From Eledone cirrhosa (lineage: Eukaryota): a DNA stretch of 64,000 bases. The notes beneath the pieces were generated by a model. That model did no database searches. It saw nothing but the letters and a program-made list of their open reading frames with translations, and was not told the DNA's origin. Shown piece by piece: positions 56,447-64,000 of this stretch. A program made the position numbers and the translations under genes. Position 1 is the first letter of the stretch, and every line of letters starts with the position of its first letter. The stretch is from positions 10,478,001 to 10,542,000 of the forward strand of contig OZ024757.1 in the NCBI GenBank assembly GCA_964016885.1. Direction: 5' to 3'.

Positions 56447-57770
56447 GAGATGTAGTTTGGTTTTGTGCCTCTGAAAAGTACAACAGATGCCCTCTTCTTA
56501 GTGAGACAACTACAAGAGAGGTTCTTAGAGAAAAATAAGCCACTATACTTAGCTTTTGATGACTTAAAGGAGGTCTTTGATAGTGTACCACGATCTGTCA
56601 TCTGGTGGTCTCTAAGGAAAATAGGTGTAGAGGAATGGCTTGTGAGGACAGTGCAAGCTAAGTACAGAGGTTCTGTCAGTAAAGTGAGAGAAGTAATGGA
56701 GTTTAATGAGGAATTCCAGATACAAGTAGAAGTGCATCAGGGCTCTGTCCTCAGCCCGCTCTTGTTCATTATAATTCTCCAAGCCATAACACGAGTTTAA
56801 GACTGGCTGCTCTTGGGAACTTCTCTATGCTGACGATCTGGTACTTATAGCAGATTCAGTAGAGGAACTAGAGAAGAAATTCTGTCTATGGAAAAAGCAG
56901 TTGGAATCAAGAGGACTGAGAGTAAACCTAGCTAAGACAAAAGTGTTGATAAGTAGAGAAGAGGACAAAACTCTGATTCCATCAGGGAAATGGTCATGTT
57001 CAATATGTAGAAAAGGAGTTGGGATAAATTCTATAAAATGTATACAATGCAGATCCTGGGTACACAAGAGATGTAGTGGGATAGCAGGCAAACTAACAAG
57101 TAGGGAGAAATACGTATGCAGTAGTTGTACAGAACTTGACAGTAGAAGACGCAGTGATAGACACATTTACCACATGAAGGTGGGTTCTATAGAAGTGGGT
57201 GATAGCTTCCGCTACCTAGGTGATCTGATTAGAATGGGAGGGGTGTTCCGAGACCATAATATCTAGAATAAGGACAGGTCGGAAGAAATTTAGGGAGCTG
57301 CTTCCTCTGTTGACAAATAAGGATTTCTCCCTGCGTACGAAATGATGGTTATATGATGACTGTGTGAGATGCGCGATGCTGCATGATAGTGAGACTTGGG
57401 CAGCAACTGCAGAGGATATGCGATGGCTGGAGAGAAATGAACGACTAGGCATGGAGGACTTCAGGGAGAAACTGTTTAACTGGGATAAGTTGTTGTGTGC
57501 GGGAGAGAAGACTGTGTTGGTATAGACATGTGATGCGCATGGAGGATGACACCTATTAGGTAAAGAAGTGCCAAGAAATCCCAGTAGAAAGACAACACAG
57601 TAGAGGAAGACCACGAAAAATACGGGCGGAGCTGGTGTGAGCAGACCTCAAATCTCTAAAGCTCAATGAGGAGATGACGAAGGACCGTGACAAGTGGAGA
57701 GATACTGTGCTCAATATGTTCGTCCCACCCTTGCAAGCAAGGAAAAGCGGACGTAAAGTGATGAAGATAA
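56447..57770 (+). mobile_element. 5'-truncated, decayed RTE-clade LINE: reverse transcriptase, PHD-like zinc finger, C-terminus and 3' tail
   Basis: FGFVPLKSTTDALF...LYLAFDDLKEVFDSVPR...HQGSVLSPLLF, then a frameshift near 56790. It continues ELLYADDL (YADD at 56826), GLRVNLAKTK, VGDSFRYLG and the C-terminal RGRPRK...DRDKWR, followed by a short stem-loop tail. Several stops and frameshifts. Confidence 0.93.
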
Positions 57771-58066
57771 GACTTGTTGAAATTTAAACATCAACTAGGT
57801 AGATATGTATGCATGTGTGTGCAGCTATCCATCTATTTGTGTGTGCTTGTGTTCCTTTTCACTTATGTGTGCATCTGTATATGCTTAGTATTTAGATGCA
57901 CATCATCTCCAATGTTTCAAATATTTTTTATCATACTTACATCGATTATACTTCGAATTACAAATATAGTCGTCTTCTTTCTATTTCTCTAAAGCAAAGC
58001 TTCACAACTAATATGAACGTATAGTCAGGGTCGACCATGTGCAAATGTTTCCTTATTTCTGCATAG

Positions 58067-58185
58067 AGAGTAATATAGATAAACAAATTATATTATCTTC
58101 ACCAACAAACGCTATATTGTCTCTCACTTTCAAGGATACGCTTTTGCAATAAAACAACAGGAAATAAAGACAAACTATCTGATTC
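58067..58185 (+). mobile_element. Small fragment of an R4/Dong-like (RLE-type) non-LTR retrotransposon C-terminal region
   Basis: Translates ..RYIVSHFQGYAFAIKQQEIKTNYL, resembling the EG...AIQEQ.I.T..Y motif that precedes the CCHC finger in R4/Dong elements (recognised from memory). Homologous to the minus-strand piece at about 58495-58610. Confidence 0.6.
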
Positions 58186-58409
58186 CCTAATATATAATAT
58201 TATATTGGTATCTGCTTGGCAGCGAACTCCAACTGCTGAGCGTCGTCTGTTATGCTTCCGATTCATTGCTTTTCACCGGAACAATCCACAACTACTCTTT
58301 CAATGTCTTAAAACGTTTGCTGTAACTCCCAATGTTTACTCTCGGGGATGACCTTTCTAGGGATTGCATTCTTCACTCTTTTCGCCACATCTTTCCACAG
58401 CTTCTTCAC

Positions 58410-58640
58410 ATCGGTCACATCTTCAATGTTCAATCTGCACAATTTCCACTTCTTTTCACATCTAGGTCTTTTGTGTACATCCCTATCTATTCTGTGACTC
58501 AGTTAGTCTTAGTTTCAAGTTCTTATATTGTAAAATAATCTTTCAACATGGGAGAAAATATAGCACTTGTTGCTGAAGATAGACTTTTATCATCTATATT
58601 ATTCTCACTCTCCAACTTCCAGGTAACATATCCATGCATA
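58410..58640 (-). mobile_element. Decayed R4/Dong-like non-LTR retrotransposon fragment (region upstream of and into the CCHC zinc finger)
   Basis: Minus strand, across frameshifts, gives MHGYVTWKLESENNIDDKSLS...FTI*ELETKTN...DVHKRPRCEKKWKLCRLNIEDVTD. This matches the MHG ... CRLC...E.V.H layout of R4/Dong proteins in degenerate form. Confidence 0.6.
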
Positions 58641-58709
58641 ATATTTGTGTGTGTGTCGTAATTTGTCTATATTTGAGAAAAGGATAATGATAAAAAGATA
58701 TATACAGGG

Positions 58710-59008
58710 AGGAGGAGAGTGACTTGGTGGTGGAACAATATGGTAGATGAGGCAGTTAAGGTTAAGAGACAGGCATGGAAAGAATGGAAGAACAGGGCAC
58801 ATTACAGAGAGACCAGGAGGGAAGCTAGGCGACAAGTATACTTAGCTAGAAGGGAGGCAGAGGATAGGAAATTCAAGCATGTTTTGCAACACGAGGAACA
58901 GAAACAGGAGGTGTTCCAGATTACGAGGCAGTGTGTCAGAGAGAATTGTGATGTCATTGGAGAGAAGTGTTTCCAGAATGATAAAGGTGAGCTTGCATTC
59001 ACAAGTGC
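58710..59008 (+). mobile_element. RTE-clade LINE internal fragment (linker between endonuclease and RT)
   Basis: ORF 58719-59021 TWWWNNMVDEAVKVKRQAWKEWK...VFQITRQCVRENCDVIGEKC.QNDKGEL. The TWWWN..V..A...KR motif is characteristic of the RTE linker. Confidence 0.8.
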
Positions 59009-60485
59009 CCTATCCATATAGGAGGTAGCAGAGCGGAAGCCAAACAACATAGGCCAGTCTCCCTGACGTCACATATCAGTAAGGTCATGGAGCGAATCGT
59101 CAGAAAGAAACTGATCACTTTCCTCGAGGAAAATGACTGCCTGACTAACACACAGCATGGCTTTCACCCAGGAAGAAGCTGCCTTACACAACTGCTACAT
59201 CATTAAGACTGGGTACTGAAACAACTGCTTGACAGCTCACATGTGGACATGATATATCTGGACTTTGCGAAGGCCTTTGACAAAGTCGACCACGGAATGA
59301 TATGTCACAAACTACACGGACTCACCATAACTAGAAAAGTAGGTGAGTGGCTGCACGACTTCTTAAAGGAGAGAAGCCAGACAGTCGCAGCAAACGGGGG
59401 CCCTCTCAAAAGAATTATCAATAACCCCCAAGGCACAGTCCTGGGACCACTACTGTTTTTGGTGGCTCTCTCAGACATACCCTCTGTAGTACATACAACA
59501 ACATCCCTCACTAGCTATGCTGATGACACTAAGGTAGCACAGGCAATCAAAAACCCGGCTGACTCTGCCCTTTTACAACAAGGGCTGTATGCCATATACA
59601 AATGGGTAGAAGACAACAACATGCAGTTTAATGCTGGCAAATTCCAAGCGCTACGCAATTCCTGCAAACACAAATACAGTACAACACAGTTACACCGGAC
59701 CAGGAGCGACCGATATCCCTGGGTAAAAATCGATATGAGACTTGGGTATAGACATGAGCGATGATGCATCTTTTTCCTCTCACATCATGAAAGTGGCGAC
59801 AATGTGCAGACGACTCGCTGGCTGGATCTTGAAGACTTTCCGGACAAGAGACCGAGACACCATGTTGACACTATGGAGGACATTTGTCCTAAGCCGCCTG
59901 GACTATTGCTCCCAGTTGTGGTAACCTCATAGTGTCAAACTAACCACGGAGCTTGAGGCAATCCAGCGAAGCTACACCAAGAGGATTGTGACTATGAAGG
60001 AGATAAGCTACTGGGCGTGGCTAAAAGAACTGAACCTCTATTCCTTGGAATGAAGACGGGAGAGATACGCAGTGATCTACATGTGGAAAATCCTGGAGGG
60101 ACTAGCACCAAACTTTGGCATTGGGAGCTGGACCAACTGCCGAACAGGACGTCATTGTGTGGTGCCAAAGATCCCGTCTTCCATATCTAGAATAAGGAGC
60201 AGATATTGCAAAAGTCTGGGGTTCAAGGACCCTCAACTCTTCAACAAGCTGCCAAGGGATCTGAGAGATCTGCATGGTGTGGATATCTTCAAGAAACATG
60301 TCGACACCTTGCTATACAAGATCCTAGATGAGCCCACAGCAAGGCACGAGGGAAACCTAAGGGCAGCAGCAATGAACTCCCTGTTGCACCAGTGGTCAAC
60401 CAATACAGGCTGGAGATTAAATGTGTAGCAACAAGGGCAGTGCCCCAGCATAGCCTCAGCCGGATGGCTGGAACAGGTAAAAAGA
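59009..60485 (+). mobile_element. 5'-truncated, decayed CR1-like LINE: RT domain, C-terminus and 3' UTR
   Basis: PIHIGGSRAEAKQHRPVSLTSHISKVMERIV, QHGFHPGRSCLTQLL, DMIYLDFAKAFDKVDH, PQGTVLGPLLF, SYADDTK, NNMQFNAGKF, LGIDMSDD, SRLDYCSQLW, YSLE*RRERY..IYMWKILEGLAPN. In-frame stops at 59204, 59922 and 60051, plus frameshifts. Ends at a TA microsatellite. Confidence 0.92.
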
Positions 60486-60528
60486 GTATATATACATATT
60501 TATATACATATATATATATATATACATA
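60486..60528. repeat. (TA)n/(TACA) microsatellite
   Basis: TATATATACATATTTATATACATATATATATATATATACATA read directly from the sequence. Confidence 0.9.
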
Positions 60529-60900
60529 CAAAGTGTTAAAACGATCAAATTTTAGTTTAGAACATTTATTTGCTGACAATTGTTTCTTCCAGAAACATGT
60601 TACTAAAATCCTATCATTCAGAACATTTAAGATACATAATTGTTATTAGTGTCAAAGGCATCATGTGGAGAATCAGGAGTTAAAAAGATGTTCTGCTTGA
60701 AAGAACACAATTACAGGTAGCACTGGTTGGAAGTGTAATAGGTATAAGTAAAAAGCACAAGCAAAAAAATCACAGGCATAAAAGTTATAAGCAATGTTTC
60801 AACATTCCTTATGCTCCGATGATTCCAGACTTCCCTCTGGAAGAAACAATTGTCAGCAAATAAATGTTCTAAAGTAAAATTTGATCATTTTAACACTTTG
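60529..60900. mobile_element. 372-bp element with 65-bp terminal inverted repeats flanked by TA (MITE-like, possibly Tc1/mariner-derived)
   Basis: 60529-60593 (CAAAGTGTTAAAACGATC...TTCTTCCAGA) is the reverse complement of 60836-60900 with 2 mismatches. TA lies immediately outside both ends and the interior is AT-rich with no recognisable coding sequence. Confidence 0.7.
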
Positions 60901-60937
60901 TATCTCGGTTCTGTAAAACACTTGAAAACTTGCATTG

Positions 60938-60997
60938 AGCCTTTTGTCATACCGGTAACCTTCCAGATCATTATATGGAAGGTCATCTTCAGAGGCT
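60938..60997 (-). ncRNA. Degenerate type I hammerhead-ribozyme-like motif (possible Penelope-like element remnant)
   Basis: Minus strand: AGCCT CTGAAGA TGACCTTCCA tataatgatc TGGAAGGTT ACCGGT A tgacaaa AGGCT. It has the CUGANGA box, a 9-10 bp stem II, an ACCGGT palindrome and AGCCT/AGGCT flanks, but the GAAA box is absent. Confidence 0.35.
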
Positions 60998-61009
60998 AAG
61001 AGAAAGAAA

Positions 61010-61210
61010 ATACAGCGATATGAAGACAGTGAAGAAGTTTGGCATGCCCGTCTAGCTGCTAACAGAGCCCAAACAGCTTTAGCAAGAGCACACAGTTTGG
61101 ATGAAAGGGAAAAAAGGACTGCTGCTACTCGAGAACAACAAATTAAGGAACAACAGCAAATCAGACGAAATGCTAATCAAGCACATCGTTTTACTGCCTG
61201 AGCAGGAGAA
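61010..61210 (+). other. Possible decayed coding fragment with STPR-like E/R/A-rich repeats (as at the N-terminus of some Helitron proteins)
   Basis: Translates YEDSEEVWHARLAANRAQTALARAHSLDEREKRTAATREQQ, a loose match to the E.SEE..ARL...R...A.AR pattern. No Rep or helicase motifs seen. Confidence 0.25.
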
Positions 61211-61329
61211 CAAGCCACAAGTAGAATAAACTGGCTGATGGGGGCTTTTTCTGATGGGGTTATGTTAGCCATCCGCGGCCGAAACAAAGAGGAGCCCTTG
61301 CATTCTCGTCCATGAGGTGAATTTGTCTT

Positions 61330-62114
61330 TATGTATGTATATATATATATGTATGCATGGGTGTGTATGTATGTATATGCATGTATGTGTATGTATGTAT
61401 ATGTATATATGTATGTGTATATATGTGTATATGTATATGTATGTATGTATATATGTATATATGTGTGTATGTATATATGTGTGTATATGTGTGTATGTAT
61501 GTATATGTGTGTATGTATGTATGTGTGTATGTATGTATATGTGTGTATGTATGTATATGTGTGTATGTATGTATATGTGTGTATGTATGTATATGTGTGT
61601 ATGTATATATATATGTGTGTATGTAAATATGTATGTGTATGTATATATGTATGTGTATATATATATATGTATGTGTATATATATATGTATGTGTATATAT
61701 ATATGTATGTGTATATATATATGTATGTGTATATATATATGTATGTGTATATATATATGTATGTGTATATATATATGTATGTGTATATATATATGTATGT
61801 GTATATATATATGTATGTGTATATATGTATGTATGTGTATATATGTATGTATGTGTATATATGTATGTATGTGTATATATGTATGTATGTGTATATATGT
61901 GTGTGTATGTATGTATATGTATGTATGTATATGTATGTATATGTATATATACTTATGTATATGTGTATATGCTTATGTATGCGTATGTATGTATATGTAT
62001 ATTATGTATATATATATGTATGTATGTATATGTATATGTGTATGTATATGTGTATGTATGTATGTATATATATATATATATGTATGTATATGTATGTGTA
62101 TGTATATGTATATG
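61330..62114. repeat. Compound TATG/TA/TG microsatellite containing an 18-bp minisatellite (ATGTGTATATATATATGT)n
   Basis: Low-complexity tract. The 18-bp periodicity from about 61671 to 61890 is visible as (MCIYIC)n then (MCIYVC)n in the ORF track. Confidence 0.97.
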
Positions 62115-62453
62115 GAGGCACATGGCTTAGTGGTTAGAGCATTGGCCTGGCAATCGAAAGGTTGTGAGTTCAATTCTCAGACCGGGTGATGTGTTGTTTC
62201 CTTGAGCAAGACACTTTATTTGACATTGCTCCAGTTTACTCAGCTGTAGAAATGAGATGATAGGGACTGGGGTACCTATCATTCCACTGCAAAGTGGTCG
62301 TTGAGGTGCCACGGCAAAAAAGCACCCAGCACTCACTGTAAATGAGGTTGGTGTTAGGAAGGGCATCCAGCTGTAGAAATCAAACCAGAATCAGTTCCCG
62401 TCCCACCCTTGCAAGCAGGGAAAAAGCGGACTTAAAACAAAATGATGATGATG
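62115..62453 (+). mobile_element. tRNA-derived CORE-type SINE with RTE-like 3' tail, copy 2
   Basis: A box TGGCTTAGTGG, B box GAGTTCAATTC, CORE-like segment and (ATG)n tail. Roughly 15 substitutions relative to copy 1 by eye. Confidence 0.88.
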
Positions 62454-62496
62454 TATGTATGTGTATATGTATGTATGTATATGTATGTATGTGTAT

Positions 62497-62632
62497 GAGA
62501 TGCAGTTTGGTTTTGTGCCCCTGAAAAGTACAACAGATGCCCTCTTCTTAGTGAGACAACCACAAGAGAGGTTCTCAGAGAAAAATAAGCCACTATACTT
62601 AGCTTTGGACATAGAGAAGGCTTTTGATAGAG
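62497..62632 (+). mobile_element. Short RTE RT fragment (end of the duplicated block)
   Basis: EMQFGFVPLKSTTDALFLVRQPQERFSEKNKPLYLALDIEKAFDR, homologous to 56447-56585. Confidence 0.88.
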
Positions 62633-62724
62633 AACTCTTATAAATGTCAACATATATATATGTGTGTGTATATATATATTTTTTTAAAACTATATATTTA
62701 TTACTCCCTTAAGCAGAAGAAATA

Positions 62725-63012
62725 TATTCCCAGATATCGAAGATTACCACAATAACTAGGGAGCGGAAGTCAATAGATGCTGGACATTGCTGCTGAGGGT
62801 AGGATGACCTGATGAGCTGGCTCCTGTGGTGGATACCTAAACATAGTAAGACCCAAGTGGGATGACTGAGGTTCACCTACATACATCAGATGTCTCTGGA
62901 TCTCCAGCTGGAGATTAATGATCTCAGGAATGCCATGAAAAATCGTGACATCTAAAAAAGAAGAGTAGAATTGTTCTGGCCAATCCACCTGACCTAATAA
63001 ACAATAATAATA
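62725..63012 (+). mobile_element. 3' end of a second, different RTE-group LINE family (decayed), with TAA-rich tail
   Basis: Translates KITTITRERKSIDAGHCC*G*DDLMSWLLWWIPKHSKTQVG*LRFTYIHQM...NDLRNAMKNRDI*KRRV, a degenerate R.RR..FAGHC.R...LLW.P.HG....GRP..TY...M.DR..W C-terminus. It is followed by TAATAAACAATAATAAT. Confidence 0.7.
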
Positions 63013-63089
63013 TTAATATATATTGATGAAAATTAATTATGGTGAAATATCTGAGAAATCATTATCAGAGGTTTTGTATTGTAATCCAC

Positions 63090-64000
63090 ACTTGCTCCTT
63101 GTGGCTTCTGATGCAGTCATCATGTCCACCATCAGGTCCTTCCCAGCTAGCAGCTGCGGAGATGTTGATGGTCTCTGACCAGGCCTCCTCAAGGAGTTGA
63201 TATCTCCCCTCTCCGCTGAGGCCGGGCGCCGCCTTCTGAGTGCAATTGTGGCGTTCACCAATAGGCTCATCCATGGCGTCCCGGACTCTTACGCTCGAGG
63301 CCTCTTTTTTTCGGCCAGCCTCACCGCTCTCAGGAAGAAAGAGGGTGGCATACGCCCCATTGCTGTTGGCAATGTCTTCCGGAGGCTGGCTGCCAAGGTG
63401 ATCTGCAAGTCCGCAACACTCGGAACCGGCATCCAGGGACTCCAGGCACCTCATTGTCAAGTTTGATATGAGGAATGCCTGCAACTCTTTACGCTGGGAT
63501 CATCTGCTCGAAGCCTGCCTCAGCCGAGCCCCCTCTGCCTACCTGTCATATGGAGCCCCTAGCATGCGCCTTGCTGCTGATACGGTCATACCCTCGGCTA
63601 CTGGGATCCAACAGGGCAACCCTTTGGGACCCCTCCTGTTCACCCTTGGTATTGACTACATCGCCCGGAGTATAACGGCCCCTCTCAACGTTTGGTATCT
63701 GGATGATGCTACTTTGGGTGGGCCCGTACAGACGGTCTGCCATGACCTTCAATCGGTGGATCCTGCCCTGGCGGGAATCGACCTCCAGGTCAACTCAGCC
63801 AAGTCGGAGGTGGTGAATGTCAGCCTCGATGCTGCAAGCATCGAGGCTGACATTCTCCGCTAGGTTCAGGTGACCCCCAAAGAGGATGCCCTCACCGATC
63901 CACCCGCAGGCCATCCGCTCCACCATCAAGTCCAGACTCTCACGAGCCGACTGGGCTTGATTGACGGCCACCCAGTTCTCTTTCTGCTGAGGAACTGATA
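63090..64000 (+). mobile_element. CRE-clade non-LTR retrotransposon reverse transcriptase fragment (decayed, truncated by window end)
   Basis: SFPASSCGDVDGL*P, ASLTALRKKEGGIRPIAVGNVFRRLAAK, VKFDMRNACNSL, GIQQGNPLGPLLF, WYLDD (YLDD at 63696), LQVNSAKSEV. These motifs are typical of CRE-clade RTs. An internal deletion/frameshift lies near 63415-63460 and there is a stop at 63861. GC content is clearly higher than the flanks. Confidence 0.85.

Larger units (their letters stand above)
61253..62632 (+). repeat. Diverged direct duplicate of 55532-56585 (RTE 5' piece + microsatellite + SINE + start of RTE RT)
   Basis: Both copies begin GATGGGGTTATGTTAGCCATCCGCGGCCGAAACAAAGAGGAG and share every internal junction through ...GTGTATGAGATG(T/C)AGTTTGGTTTTGTGCC...CCACTATACTTAGCTTT. 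Confidence 0.95.

Noticed and set aside
56825-57614. Minus-strand ORFs of 113 and 132 aa (similarly 59305-59769 and 63037-63752)
   Set aside because: Antisense shadows of LINE RT coding sequence with no independent motifs.
57774-58060. 72-aa hydrophobic ORF and AT-rich spacer
   Set aside because: Non-ATG start, low-complexity TG/AT-rich sequence and no recognisable homology.
61317-62189. 290-aa and 268-aa ORFs with MCIYIC repeats (metallothionein- or keratin-like look)
   Set aside because: Microsatellite/minisatellite artefact, open in several frames simultaneously and ending inside a SINE.
62805-62830. CTGATGAG hammerhead core
   Set aside because: It lies within LINE coding remnant (DLMSW) with no stem II/GAAA arrangement following; a chance match.
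56447-64000. An intact, active retroelement or a prokaryotic RT system (retron, DGR, group II intron)
   Set aside because: All RT pieces have stops, frameshifts or truncations, and their motifs match eukaryotic non-LTR clades (RTE, CR1, CRE).

Overview
Eukaryotic (animal) repetitive DNA with no intact host gene, rRNA, true tRNA or CRISPR array. Bases 1-55207 are one uninterrupted G/T-rich satellite array of about 3,400 monomers. The consensus is the 16-mer GGGGTTAAGTTAAGTT, with frequent 11-mer GGGGTTAAGTT variants. Rare variant monomers reveal a recurring landmark cassette and nested block duplications with offsets of 2353, 2871, 3139, 5494, 12382 and about 36,570 bp. The array ends abruptly and is followed by 8.8 kb of decayed transposable elements. 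These are RTE-clade LINE pieces (one with a C4HC3 PHD-like finger inside the RT C-terminal region), two tRNA/CORE-type SINEs sharing a 3' stem-loop tail with the RTE, R4/Dong-like fragments, a CR1-like RT, a 372-bp element with 65-bp inverted repeats, a degenerate hammerhead-like motif and a CRE-clade RT running off the window end. There is also a local 1.1-1.4 kb duplication. The SINE/LINE repertoire and TATG microsatellites resemble a cephalopod (octopus-like) genome, but this is inference from recall. All coordinates, counts and alignments were done by eye.
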